Below, in pieces: positions 46,024 to 57,867 of a stretch of DNA of 64,000 nt; the first letter of the stretch is position 1, and the number at the start of each line of letters is the position of its first letter. The DNA lies in NCBI GenBank assembly GCA_964467225.1, contig CAYXPQ010000001.1, positions 75,803 to 139,802 on the forward strand. The letters run 5' to 3'. The notes below the pieces were generated by a model. It was not told the DNA's origin, made no database searches, and saw only the letters and a list, made by a program, of their open reading frames with translations. Origin of the DNA: an uncultured Candidatus Saccharibacteria bacterium (GTDB lineage Bacteria; Patescibacteriota; Minisyncoccia; Phycocordibacterales; PALSA-1337). The translations under genes were made by a program, and so were the position numbers.

Positions 46024-46488
46024 ATGAAGAAATATTCACAAGGCGGTTTCACATTGATCGAGTTGCTGGTTGTTATTGCGATCATTGGTATATTGTCATC
46101 AGTAGTATTAGCAAGTTTGAGTACAGCGAGAAATAAGGCTAAGGATTCAAAAGTTCAGAGTCAATTGGGCGCAATGAGAGCACAAGCTTTGTTATACACT
46201 GGAACAGGTACTGGGGTTGCGGCAGTATCACCATGTGCAGCTACAGCCAATACGTTATTTGATACTAACAATAACGGTCTAGGTAATTTAGTGGGTCCAA
46301 TTATTGCTCAAACAACAACAAGATGTTCATCTCAAGCAGGACAACCTTCAGCAGGAAATGTTAATTGGGCGGTAGCTGCTGATGTAACAGGAGGTACATG
46401 GTGTGTAGATAGTACAGGAGTATCAAGATTTTCTACAACAGCTCTTAACGCAGTTATTCAAAACGGAGGATACACTTGTCAGCCATAA
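46024..46488 (+). CDS. type IV pilin (candidate major pilin, paralogue A)
   Basis: N-terminus MKKYSQGGFTLIELLVVIAIIGILSS and a C-terminal Cys pair. A terminator hairpin follows at ~46517–46545. Confidence 0.85.
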   Translation: MKKYSQGGFTLIELLVVIAIIGILSSVVLASLSTARNKAKDSKVQSQLGAMRAQALLYTGTGTGVAAVSPCAATANTLFDTNNNGLGNLVGPIIAQTTTRCSSQAGQPSAGNVNWAVAADVTGGTWCVDSTGVSRFSTTALNAVIQNGGYTCQP

Positions 46489-46516
46489 TTTTTTTATAGA
46501 TAGAATACTTAATAAA

Positions 46517-46545
46517 GACCGCATGTTTATGCGGTTTTTTATGTG
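46517..46545 (+). terminator. rho-independent terminator after pilin A
   Basis: Stem accgcat-gttt-atgcggt followed by a T6 run. Confidence 0.7.
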
Positions 46546-46649
46546 TTGTGGATAACTAGTATTTCACATTATTAACACTTATAGCTATTTATTGCTATAA
46601 TTATCACCATAAGTTTATTATTAGTTTATTAAAAGTAATTAATTAGTTT

Positions 46650-47105
46650 ATGAAGAAATATTCACAAGGTGGTTTCACATTGATCGAGTTGCTGGTTGTT
46701 ATTGCGATCATTGGTATATTGTCATCAGTAGTATTAGCAAGTTTGAGTACAGCGAGAAATAAGGGTGCAGATGCAAAGATTCAATCTCAATTACAATCAA
46801 TGAGAGCACAAGCTGAATTATTTACTGGTACACATCTAGCTATCTCTAACACAGGTACTCCATGTGCTACAACTGGAATCTTTCAGACTGCAAATAATGG
46901 TCTAGGTAACTTATTAGGTGGTATTACAACTCAAACAAGATGTGCCTCAGACACATCTGGTAATTGGGCTCTTTCTGCCGTCACATCCACTGGAGCATGG
47001 TGTGTAGATAGTACAGGAGTATCAAGAGGTGCTACTTCAGGAGGGGTGGCTTATACTACTACTCTAACTACTTCGATTGCAGCTGCTGGTGTATCTTGTC
47101 TATAA
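46650..47105 (+). CDS. type IV pilin (paralogue B; 5' 132 nt including upstream region near-identical to paralogue A)
   Basis: The N-terminal 38 aa are identical to paralogue A. The two genes also share a conserved C-terminal block. Confidence 0.85.
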   Translation: MKKYSQGGFTLIELLVVIAIIGILSSVVLASLSTARNKGADAKIQSQLQSMRAQAELFTGTHLAISNTGTPCATTGIFQTANNGLGNLLGGITTQTRCASDTSGNWALSAVTSTGAWCVDSTGVSRGATSGGVAYTTTLTTSIAAAGVSCL

Positions 47106-47129
47106 TTTAATCAAATTACACCCTACATT

Positions 47130-47160
47130 ACCTCACCTTACGGTGGGGTTTTGTTTTTTA
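47130..47160 (+). terminator. rho-independent terminator after pilin B
   Basis: Stem cctcacc-ttac-ggtgggg followed by ttttgtttttt. Confidence 0.6.
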
Positions 47161-47216
47161 TAAACTGTGGAATTCTTTTGTATTTTTAATTTATATCTCT
47201 GATATACTTAAGGAAT

Positions 47217-47702
47217 ATGAAAAAACACTTAACAACAAAAGGTTTTACATTAATAGAATTATTAGTAGTTATCGCGATCATCGGTATATTGTCATCAGTA
47301 GTATTATCAGATTTAAGTACAGCCAGAAGTAAAGGAGGTGATGCGGCTATAAAGCAAGCATTAGCAGGAGCTAAGACTCAAGCTCAATTATTCAATACTA
47401 CAAATGGCACATTTACAGGAGTATGTGGATCCGGAGGTGAGACTATTGGAGATATGGTTTTGAATGCAGCTCAGAATCTAGGACAGACTGCTATTGTTGG
47501 TGGTACTGCAGATGCATTCGCATACAATCTTGACGGTTCTGTTACAGGAGCGGCGGTATGTCATGAGACAAATGATGGATGGGCAGCTATAGTGTCATTA
47601 AAAAATCCTATTGCTACCAGTTCTGGATGGTGCGTAGATTATTCTGGTAAGTCAGAAGAGAATACAACTCTAAGTTCTAACTCAGTAGATTGTGGTTTGT
47701 AA
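47217..47702 (+). CDS. type IV pilin-like protein (paralogue C)
   Basis: Prepilin N-terminus KGFTLIELLVVIAIIGIL. 161 aa. Confidence 0.8.
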   Translation: MKKHLTTKGFTLIELLVVIAIIGILSSVVLSDLSTARSKGGDAAIKQALAGAKTQAQLFNTTNGTFTGVCGSGGETIGDMVLNAAQNLGQTAIVGGTADAFAYNLDGSVTGAAVCHETNDGWAAIVSLKNPIATSSGWCVDYSGKSEENTTLSSNSVDCGL

Positions 47703-47708
47703 AATTAT

Positions 47709-48206
47709 ATGAAATTAAAATTTAACAACAAAGGATTCACTCTTATAGAGTTAATGGTGGTGGTTGTAATAATTGCAATTCTTACTTCTGTTGTTATGGC
47801 AAGTTTTGCTCAAGCCAAGGCTAAGAGTAGAGATGCAAAAAGAATTTCTGATTTGGCACAATTGCAGTTGGCACTTGAGTTGGGATTTGATAAGTGTAAT
47901 TCTTTTCCAGCAGTATCTACGGTTAATGGTGTTCATGTAGTCGTTCTGGGTTCTGTCTTTAGTACAACATGCATTCATCCCACTAGAGGAACTCCGTATG
48001 TTTTATCTGATTTTATTTCTAGAGTTCCTAATGATCCAAGTGGACCAACTGTCAACTATGTATATGAAGTTTATGCTACCAGATTTGATTATAGATTAAT
48101 GGCAACCCTTGAGACAATGAATGGTGCAACTGCAGGAGGTGTGACGGGAAATATTGGTCAGGCATTGTGTGCTACAGGAAATAATTATTGTGTGGCTCCA
48201 AGATAA
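47709..48206 (+). CDS. type IV pilin-like protein (paralogue D)
   Basis: Prepilin N-terminus NKGFTLIELMVVVVIIAIL. 165 aa. Confidence 0.75.
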   Translation: MKLKFNNKGFTLIELMVVVVIIAILTSVVMASFAQAKAKSRDAKRISDLAQLQLALELGFDKCNSFPAVSTVNGVHVVVLGSVFSTTCIHPTRGTPYVLSDFISRVPNDPSGPTVNYVYEVYATRFDYRLMATLETMNGATAGGVTGNIGQALCATGNNYCVAPR

Positions 48207-48209
48207 TAA

Positions 48210-49007
48210 ATGCAAAGTTATTTTTTTACATTTTCATTCATACTAGGTGTATTAATCGGTAGTTTTTTGAATGTTGTTGCTTTGAGATATAACACTGGTA
48301 TGACTCTGAAGGGAAGATCAAAATGCTTTTCTTGTGGTAAAAATCTGAAATGGTATGAACTTGTTCCTCTATTCAGCTTTTTATTCCAAAAGGGTAAATG
48401 TAGAAATTGTAAAAGCAAAATTTCATGGCAATATCCAGTAGTAGAATTACTTGCAGGCATATTATTTGTTCTTGTAATATGGACTTTCCCTCCTCTTACA
48501 GTTCAGGCTAGTTTTACAACTCTATATTATATCTTTATTACTTGCCTGCTATTAGTCATTATTATCTACGATATAAAGCATAAGATAATACCCGATCAGA
48601 TGGTGTACCTTTTTGGAGTTATAGCATTGCTTAAATTATTTATTTCTTCAGATCTAAGTTTTGTTGCTCCTTCAATAAATTCTATTCTGGCAGGACCATT
48701 GCTCGCTCTACCTTTTGCTCTTTTGTTTCTATTTTCAAAAGGTACATGGATGGGACTAGGGGATGCAAAACTCGTATTGGGTATTGGTTGGACATTGGGT
48801 CTCATCAAAGGTATTTCAGCGATTGTTCTTGCATTTTGGATTGGTGCAATATTGAGTGTTATTTGGATGTATATTGTATTTAGGAAATTAAAATCGCATT
48901 ATGAAATTCCTTTTGGCCCATTTCTAGTATTAGGTATGTATTTGGTATTAATATTCAACATTCAAGTGATAGATTTCAGGCCATTCTTGTCTTTATTTTC
49001 AAATTAA
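48210..49007 (+). CDS. pilD: prepilin peptidase PilD (A24 family)
   Basis: 265 aa polytopic protein with N-terminal CxxC...CxxC zinc motif (CFSCGKNLKW...CRNC) and conserved Asp-containing loops. Confidence 0.85.
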   Translation: MQSYFFTFSFILGVLIGSFLNVVALRYNTGMTLKGRSKCFSCGKNLKWYELVPLFSFLFQKGKCRNCKSKISWQYPVVELLAGILFVLVIWTFPPLTVQASFTTLYYIFITCLLLVIIIYDIKHKIIPDQMVYLFGVIALLKLFISSDLSFVAPSINSILAGPLLALPFALLFLFSKGTWMGLGDAKLVLGIGWTLGLIKGISAIVLAFWIGAILSVIWMYIVFRKLKSHYEIPFGPFLVLGMYLVLIFNIQVIDFRPFLSLFSN

Positions 49008-49010
49008 ATT

Positions 49011-49613
49011 ATGCCTAAAATAAATTTTAAAAATAAAGGATTTACTTTAGTGGAGCTCATGGTGACTGTGGGTATATTTACGATTATTTCTGGACTGCTT
49101 TTGGCTCGATATAGTAATTTTAATCAAGGAATTATTCTAACAAATCTGGCATATGATATTGCGCTTACTATTAGAAGTGCCCAATCTTCAAGTATCAATG
49201 TAAAAAGTTATCCAGGTAGCACAGGATATTCAGGAGAATTCAATTATCCTTTTGGTGTATATTTTACTGACAACTCTACATCTTTTATCAGTTTTGCAGA
49301 TTCTAACTATAACGATAATACTGATATCGGTAGTTATAATACAGGTGAAGCAATAGCGACGACAAATATTACAAGAGGTAGTAGAATTAGTGATATATGT
49401 TCTGGAACAGAGACAAACTGTAATAACAATATATCAGAGCTGAATATAGTTTTCAAAAGGCCAGATCCTATAGCTCATATAGTGTCAGTAGATCCGACTA
49501 ATGGAAATAAAATCACTACAGAGAATCCATATGCAGAAATTACAGTATCATCAGTTGAAGGGCTAACAAAAAAGGTGATTGTTAGATCTACAGGTCAAAT
49601 ATCAGTTAGATAA
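49011..49613 (+). CDS. minor pilin / pseudopilin
   Basis: Prepilin N-terminus NKGFTLVELMVTVGIF. 200 aa. Confidence 0.7.
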   Translation: MPKINFKNKGFTLVELMVTVGIFTIISGLLLARYSNFNQGIILTNLAYDIALTIRSAQSSSINVKSYPGSTGYSGEFNYPFGVYFTDNSTSFISFADSNYNDNTDIGSYNTGEAIATTNITRGSRISDICSGTETNCNNNISELNIVFKRPDPIAHIVSVDPTNGNKITTENPYAEITVSSVEGLTKKVIVRSTGQISVR

Positions 49614-49614
49614 A

Positions 49615-50226
49615 ATGATAAGAAATAATATTAAATACAATAAAGGATTTACTTTGTTAGAGATGATAGTCTCATTAGGTATATTTGCTGTGGTGGCTGT
49701 TATAGCAGTAGGAGCTTTACTCAAGATTTCCGATGCAAATAGAAAATCTTTGATATTAAAGACCGCAGTTAATAATCTCAATTTTGCACTCGAGACAATG
49801 TCTCGTGAAATGAGATTGGGATCAGGTTATACTTGTTCGCCAAATATCAATTCAATTACTAGAAATGGTAACACAACGAATTGTTCTAATAATGGAGGTT
49901 GGGTTTTAGCATTTGATTCGCAATATAGAGGAAAGGATTCAACAAATATTAATGTGGAATGTAATCTTACTTATGTATATTTTTTTGACAAAGCAGTGAA
50001 TAAGTTAAAAAAGATGCAAAGCAGATATTGTGACGATAATATTAATGATTCTAATAAATATTTTGATGTAATTTCCCCTGATGTAAATATTATTGATTCT
50101 GATATAAGAATTGATAGATCTAATCAACCAAAAGCATTTATTTGGCTAAAGGGGGAAGTGGGTACAAGAGAATTTGATAAAGTTGGGTTCTCACTTCAGA
50201 CAACCATATCACAAAGAGCACCATAA
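49615..50226 (+). CDS. minor pilin / pseudopilin
   Basis: Start at ATG 49615 (MIRNNIKYNKGFTLLEMIVSLGIF), immediately after the previous stop. The longer ORF from 49579 overlaps that gene. Confidence 0.7.
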   Translation: MIRNNIKYNKGFTLLEMIVSLGIFAVVAVIAVGALLKISDANRKSLILKTAVNNLNFALETMSREMRLGSGYTCSPNINSITRNGNTTNCSNNGGWVLAFDSQYRGKDSTNINVECNLTYVYFFDKAVNKLKKMQSRYCDDNINDSNKYFDVISPDVNIIDSDIRIDRSNQPKAFIWLKGEVGTREFDKVGFSLQTTISQRAP

Positions 50227-50229
50227 TTT

Positions 50230-50753
50230 ATGACAACAATTAATTATAAAAAAGGATTTACAATTATAGAAACACTAGTTGCTGTGACAATACTTATGTT
50301 GGCAATTATAGGTCCAATGACAGTATCTCAAAAGAGTCTAGTAGCTTCTATATATGCTAAGGATCAGATAATTGCATCATATCTTGCTCAAGATGTAATG
50401 GAGTATTTAAAAAATAAAAGAGATACTTATTTATCCACTTCATCTTTCCAGAATTGGGTAAATACTTATGCAGTATGTACAAGTTCTAATCCATGCAGTG
50501 CAGATACATTCATGGATAGATTCGATGCTCCATGTGTAAATTCATGTAGATTATATGATAGGGGTACCCGTTATACTCCAGACAGTACTTCTGCTGAACC
50601 TACTATTTTCTATAGAAGTTTCTATATAGACCGTCTAGCAACCGCAACTTCAAATGCTGCAAATGAGGTAAGGGTGGTTGTAAGAGTATGGTGGCAGAAT
50701 AGTAACAATCCGAGCGAAACATTATTAGAAAGTCAATTTTTTAATGTTGTAAG

Positions 50754-50757
<4 letters not shown>
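50230..50757 (+). CDS. minor pilin / pseudopilin
   Basis: Prepilin N-terminus KKGFTIIETLVAVTILMLAI. 175 aa. Confidence 0.7.
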
Positions 50758-53250
<2,493 letters not shown>

Positions 53251-53275
53251 AATAGTTTGTGATATATTTCTATTT

Positions 53276-53581
53276 ATGATAACAGTTAAGGAAATAGAGA
53301 ATCTGGCAAATCTAGCTCGAATTAAATTGGACGAATCAGAGAAGCAGTCTTTGACGAAGGAGATTGATTCTATATTGAATTATATTGATGAAATTAAAAA
53401 AGCTACAGTCAATATCGATTTTGAACCCACTGTTGGAGCTGTAAATAATATTTACCGAGAAGATAGCCTCGAGTCCATTTCCTCAGATACAAGAGAAGCA
53501 ATTCTAAATGAAGCTCCTGACAGAGAAGGGGATTTTGTAGCAGTGAAAAAAATTATCGATCAAGAACAATTTGATTTATGA
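53276..53581 (+). CDS. gatC: Asp/Glu-tRNA amidotransferase subunit C
   Basis: 101 aa with ITVKEIENLANLARIKLDESEKQ. Confidence 0.85.
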   Translation: MITVKEIENLANLARIKLDESEKQSLTKEIDSILNYIDEIKKATVNIDFEPTVGAVNNIYREDSLESISSDTREAILNEAPDREGDFVAVKKIIDQEQFDL

Positions 53582-55002
53582 TTGATTTAAATAATCTGAC
53601 AATTAAAAAGGCGCATGAAGCAATGAAAAGATGTGAGTATACTGCTGTAGATCTTGCAAATGCTTATTTATCTGAAATTAAAAATAAAAATGGAGAAATA
53701 AATGCTTATCTAGAAGTGTTCTCAGATGTGATAGAACAAGCTAAGGAAGCTGACAAAAGATTTAAGGATGGTACAGCGACTCTTCTAACTGGTATACCTT
53801 TTGCAGTTAAAGATAATATTCTGATAAGAGGTAGAATTGCTAGCTCAGCTTCAAAAATATTGGATGATTACCATGCGACTTATGATGCTACTGTTATTGA
53901 AAGATTGAAGAAAGAAGGAGTTATATTTGTTGGGAGAACAAATATGGATGAGTTTGCTATGGGTGGATCGACCGAGAATTCTGCTTTTGGAGTTACAAAA
54001 AATCCTTTTGATACTTCAAGAGTTTCGGGCGGATCATCTGGAGGTACTGCAGGTGCTATAGCAATGAATGGAGCTCTAGCCGGCCTGGGTTCTGATACAG
54101 GAGGATCGATAAGACAGCCTGCGAGTTTTTGTTCCCTTGTCGGTCTAAAACCAACTTATGGCAGAGTCTCAAGGCATGGAGTAATGGCTATGGGTTCTTC
54201 TCTAGATCAAATAGGACCATTTGGTAAAACAGTTACTGATGTAGAGACAATTTACAATATTATTTCTGGTAATGATCCCAAAGATAGCACGACCATAAAA
54301 AAAGAGACTTATAAATCAAAAAAAATATCTGGAAAGCCAATAATAGGTATTCCAAGACATTTCTTAGGTGGTGATGGTATTGATAAGGATACTATGGATA
54401 ATTTCAATGAATCTCTAGATAAATTAAAATCCTTAGGATATCAAATTAAAGATATAAATTTACCAAATATCTCTTATTCCTTGGCAGTGTATTATGTCAT
54501 TATGCCTGCAGAAGTATCTTCAAATCTTTCTCGCTTTGATGGAGTAAGATTTGGTCTTCATAAAGATGGCAAAAGCGGCATAGATGACTATTTCGAAACT
54601 AGAGGAGCTGGCTTTGGTAAGGAAGTTAGAAGGAGAATTTTGCTTGGAACTTATGTTCTTTCTTCTGGATATTACGATGCATATTACAATAGAGCAAATG
54701 CCGTTAGGAGAATTATTACACAGGACTTCGTGAAAGCATTTGAAAATGTTGATATAATATTAACACCTACGACACCGGCACCAGCCTTCAAAATCGGTGA
54801 GAAAGTTTCTGATCCAGTAGCAATGTACCTTGAGGATATATTTACAGTAACTGCAAATCTCACTGGTATGCCAGCTATGTCTATACCTTCAGGATTTTCG
54901 GAAAAGGAAGGCAAGCAACTTCCTTTAGGTATACAGCTTACAGCAAGACATGGTGAAGAAAGTTTACTTTTTGAAGTTGGTAAAAAGTTTTTGGGTGAAT
55001 AA
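53578..55002 (+). CDS. gatA: Asp/Glu-tRNA amidotransferase subunit A (amidase signature)
   Basis: 474 aa with GGSSGG and the amidase signature region. 4-nt overlap with gatC. Confidence 0.92.
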   Translation: MIDLNNLTIKKAHEAMKRCEYTAVDLANAYLSEIKNKNGEINAYLEVFSDVIEQAKEADKRFKDGTATLLTGIPFAVKDNILIRGRIASSASKILDDYHATYDATVIERLKKEGVIFVGRTNMDEFAMGGSTENSAFGVTKNPFDTSRVSGGSSGGTAGAIAMNGALAGLGSDTGGSIRQPASFCSLVGLKPTYGRVSRHGVMAMGSSLDQIGPFGKTVTDVETIYNIISGNDPKDSTTIKKETYKSKKISGKPIIGIPRHFLGGDGIDKDTMDNFNESLDKLKSLGYQIKDINLPNISYSLAVYYVIMPAEVSSNLSRFDGVRFGLHKDGKSGIDDYFETRGAGFGKEVRRRILLGTYVLSSGYYDAYYNRANAVRRIITQDFVKAFENVDIILTPTTPAPAFKIGEKVSDPVAMYLEDIFTVTANLTGMPAMSIPSGFSEKEGKQLPLGIQLTARHGEESLLFEVGKKFLGE

Positions 55003-55004
55003 AT

Positions 55005-55601
55005 ATGGAACAAACAACTAATATAGTTTCTCCACCTACTATTGATAGTGTCAGTTATTTGAGTAATCTACTTACTTATATAATTAATCATATACCAAAT
55101 GTGATTGATTTTATGAAATATATAGTAGGTGTTTTTGTTGGGATTTCTTTTATTCTATCCCTCATGCTTTTTATCGGAATTATATATAGTGTTGAGAAAT
55201 TGAAACAGATTAGAAAAAAGGAAGAAGAAATTTATAATCCAAAGATTGAAGTTGCTTATCAAGAAGTAATGAAAGGTGACCCAGAACTCGCTTATAGGTG
55301 GGATAAAGTCAAAAATCATATTGAAAGTGAGAACGATAATGATTGGAGACAAGCTATTATCGAGGCAGATATTATGCTTGGTGAATTATTAACCAAGATG
55401 GGTTATAAGGGTGAGGGAATAGGTGAGCAGTTGAAGCGTGTTGAAAAATCAGATTTTAATACTCTTGATGATGCTTGGGAAGCTCATAAAGTTCGCAATA
55501 GAATTGCGCACGATGGTTCTGATTATGTTCTAAATAAGACTGAAGCGAAGCGTATAATAGATTTATATAGAAAGGTCTTTGATGAATTTTATTTCATTTA
55601 G
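55005..55601 (+). CDS. hypothetical membrane-anchored protein with HEPN-like R-x4-H motif
   Basis: 198 aa with one N-terminal TM helix. The C-terminal region carries DDAWEAHKVRNRIAHDG. It starts 3 nt after the gatA stop. Confidence 0.5.
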   Translation: MEQTTNIVSPPTIDSVSYLSNLLTYIINHIPNVIDFMKYIVGVFVGISFILSLMLFIGIIYSVEKLKQIRKKEEEIYNPKIEVAYQEVMKGDPELAYRWDKVKNHIESENDNDWRQAIIEADIMLGELLTKMGYKGEGIGEQLKRVEKSDFNTLDDAWEAHKVRNRIAHDGSDYVLNKTEAKRIIDLYRKVFDEFYFI

Positions 55602-55654
55602 TTGCACTATTGCACCCTTGTCATTTTTATTTATTATGTTAATATTGTTTTAAT

Positions 55655-55726
55655 AGCGGGGTAGAGCAACGGTAGCTCGTCAGGCTCATAACCTGAAGAT
55701 TGTCGGTTCGATTCCGACCTCCGCAA
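55655..55726 (+). tRNA. tRNA-Met (anticodon CAU), initiator-like (A1·A72 unpaired)
   Basis: Cloverleaf with anticodon loop CTCATAA, T-arm GTCGG-TTCGATT-CCGAC and acceptor AGCGGGG/CTCCGCA with a 1–72 mismatch. Confidence 0.7.
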
Positions 55727-55783
55727 CAAGTATTAATTTAAAAACTGGCGGATTCTGGCTTTTTTTGTTATATTTTGTTTTAT

Positions 55784-55860
55784 GTCGGCGTAGCTCAGTT
55801 GGCTAGAGCGTGGGACTCATAAGCCCAAGGTCGAAGGTTCGATCCCTTCCGCCGACACCA
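55784..55860 (+). tRNA. tRNA-Met elongator or tRNA-Ile2 (anticodon CAU), CCA encoded
   Basis: Acceptor GTCGGCG/CGCCGAC, anticodon loop CTCATAA, T-arm GAAGG-TTCGATC-CCTTC and a genomic CCA. Confidence 0.75.
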
Positions 55861-55918
55861 TAGAATGGTTATTATATATTTTGAATTTATACAATATTAT
55901 GTATAATAGGTTATAAAT

Positions 55919-55992
55919 GCGGTCGTAGCTCAATTGGTTAGAGCACTCCCCTGTCACGGGAGAGGCCGCGGGTTCGAGTCCCGTCGACCGCG
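55919..55992 (+). tRNA. tRNA-Asp (anticodon GUC)
   Basis: Acceptor GCGGTCG/CGACCGC, anticodon arm CTCCC-CTGTCAC-GGGAG and discriminator G. Confidence 0.85.
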
Positions 55993-56024
55993 CATTCGTA
56001 AAATAAATAAGTTATAATACAAAT

Positions 56025-56405
56025 ATGAAACATAAAGTAGCAAAGATCCTTCTTGTAGAAGATGACCCCACACAAAGACTGGCTTTAGGTGTGAATCTTG
56101 TAAATGAAGGATTTGTTGTTTACAATGCTAAGAATGGAGAAGAAGGATTACTATATGCCTTAGGAGAACATCCAGATGTGATTCTTCTGGATATTGTGAT
56201 GCCAAAGATGAATGGGTTTGAAATGATAAAGCAGTTACGAGCAGATGAATGGGGTAAGAATGCAAAAATAATAATTTTGACTAATTCGCCAGACCTGCAA
56301 AATGTTGAGAAGAGTATAAATAGTGAGGTCTATGAATATATTATAAAAAGTGATACAACTACTGAGAAGATTATTCAGAAAGTTAGGGATTTGTTATTAG
56401 TATAA
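56025..56405 (+). CDS. response regulator receiver domain protein (CheY-like, stand-alone)
   Basis: 126 aa with ILLVEDDP...DIVMPKMNG. It is embedded between tRNA-Asp and tRNA-Thr. Confidence 0.8.
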   Translation: MKHKVAKILLVEDDPTQRLALGVNLVNEGFVVYNAKNGEEGLLYALGEHPDVILLDIVMPKMNGFEMIKQLRADEWGKNAKIIILTNSPDLQNVEKSINSEVYEYIIKSDTTTEKIIQKVRDLLLV

Positions 56406-56410
56406 TTTAA

Positions 56411-56486
56411 GCCGACGTAGCTCGGTTGGTAGAGCACTCCATTGGTAATGGAGAGGTCATCGGTTCAATCCCGATCGTCGGCTCCA
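56411..56486 (+). tRNA. tRNA-Thr (anticodon GGU), CCA encoded
   Basis: Acceptor GCCGACG/CGTCGGC, anticodon arm CTCCA-TTGGTAA-TGGAG and T-arm with TTCAATC loop. Confidence 0.85.
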
Positions 56487-56603
56487 TTTTGTGAATAATG
56501 TTGTTGATTGTACATATAGAAGTTGTATAATTATGAGCATGTGAGTACTAATAAGGCTGTTGCCTAACTGTTAGTATTTACCAAAATAGAATGTCTACAT
56601 AAG

Positions 56604-56630
56604 ATTCTGCCTTGGCAGAATTTTGTGTTT
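56604..56630 (+). terminator. rho-independent terminator after the tRNA cluster
   Basis: Stem attctgcc-ttg-ggcagaat followed by ttttgtgtttt. Confidence 0.6.
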
Positions 56631-56664
56631 TACAGAGGTAAATATTAAATGTATAATTCTATAT

Positions 56665-57864
56665 ATGACGAATAGAGAAAGACTTGGAATAGTTTTTATT
56701 AGTCTATTTGTACTTTTTAGTTTAGTCTCATCAACTAGCCAGTTTGATCTCAACTATATTTTTACTAAAGTAAATAATTTATCAAATTCAATTCTTGCAA
56801 AAGTTGGTGATGCCTTACCAAATGAGACCCCAATAGCAAAATCTAATTCTGATACAGTTCAAGTGATTAAACCTAGTGATAGTCTCTTAGTTCAACTTGA
56901 AAATATAAATGATAATCAAGTCTTTTCAGTTGATAGATGTGAGACGAAGGAATCTCTTGCAAGATACCCTATCGACAAAAATAAGTTAGCTAAAGATGCA
57001 AAATGCACAGCAGGATACATGGAAGGTACTGTTTTGAATATCAAAATCGCTAATGCAAATAATAGTGTTGAAATTCTTGATGATCTAATTAAATTACTAA
57101 AAGGCACTTTAAATAATCTTAATGCAAAAGGCACAATAGATGGTATGGTAATTGCTGGCCTTCCTGTAGGTGCAGAGATAAAGACAGTAATAGAAAATGC
57201 CAATAATATCTCAGTTGCATGTATAAACAAAGATGGTGATAAGTTGAAAAATCAAAGAGTTGGAAAGTATAAGCCAGTTAATGATGAAATGTATACTTCT
57301 GTTACAGAAGAACAAAAGAAGAGTCTAGAATTTATCAAAAATGGAATTAAAGATTTAAATACAAAAATCCAGAAGTCACAGGAAAGTAAAGAAGATATAG
57401 TACAAAAATTATTGCTCCAGTCATTGGAGATTGTAAAAAGATTTAAAACAGATTTCATACCAGTTGATGCGTCACTTCTGGCAGATAATAGAAATCTTGA
57501 TAATCTAGCTAAATTAAAAATGACTGTTGATATGCAAAAAGATAATTCAAATAATCTTATAATAGATAATCCGAATAAATTCTTATCATATAAGATAAGT
57601 ATAGCAACAAGATTTATGTCTGGCATTCCGCATATTAGTGAACCTTATTATAAGGGCAAGGTTACAATGTCTGTAGAAGATGAAAGTATTGAGAATGACA
57701 CTGTGGTGATTCCAGAACCAATTATTTTTAAAGATTTGAGGGAGACTATTGTTGCCAAAATCAATGAATTAACAAAAATAAGATCAAAGTTTGCAAAAAA
57801 TTTATCAATAGCTCAAGAATCAAAGAAAAAGTTGGAATCAAATAGTTATTATTGCCAACTGTAA
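56665..57864 (+). CDS. hypothetical secreted protein
   Basis: Start moved to ATG 56665 (MTNRERLGIVFISLFVLF...). This places the terminator at 56604–56630 upstream of the gene. Signal peptide. No recognisable family. Confidence 0.55.
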   Translation: MTNRERLGIVFISLFVLFSLVSSTSQFDLNYIFTKVNNLSNSILAKVGDALPNETPIAKSNSDTVQVIKPSDSLLVQLENINDNQVFSVDRCETKESLARYPIDKNKLAKDAKCTAGYMEGTVLNIKIANANNSVEILDDLIKLLKGTLNNLNAKGTIDGMVIAGLPVGAEIKTVIENANNISVACINKDGDKLKNQRVGKYKPVNDEMYTSVTEEQKKSLEFIKNGIKDLNTKIQKSQESKEDIVQKLLLQSLEIVKRFKTDFIPVDASLLADNRNLDNLAKLKMTVDMQKDNSNNLIIDNPNKFLSYKISIATRFMSGIPHISEPYYKGKVTMSVEDESIENDTVVIPEPIIFKDLRETIVAKINELTKIRSKFAKNLSIAQESKKKLESNSYYCQL

Positions 57865-57867
57865 GTT

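Noticed and set aside
56623-56664. Upstream 14-codon extension of the 56623..57864 ORF (MCFTEVNIKCIILY)
   Set aside because: It overlaps the terminator hairpin and T-run at 56604–56630. A start at ATG 56665 gives a clean signal peptide.
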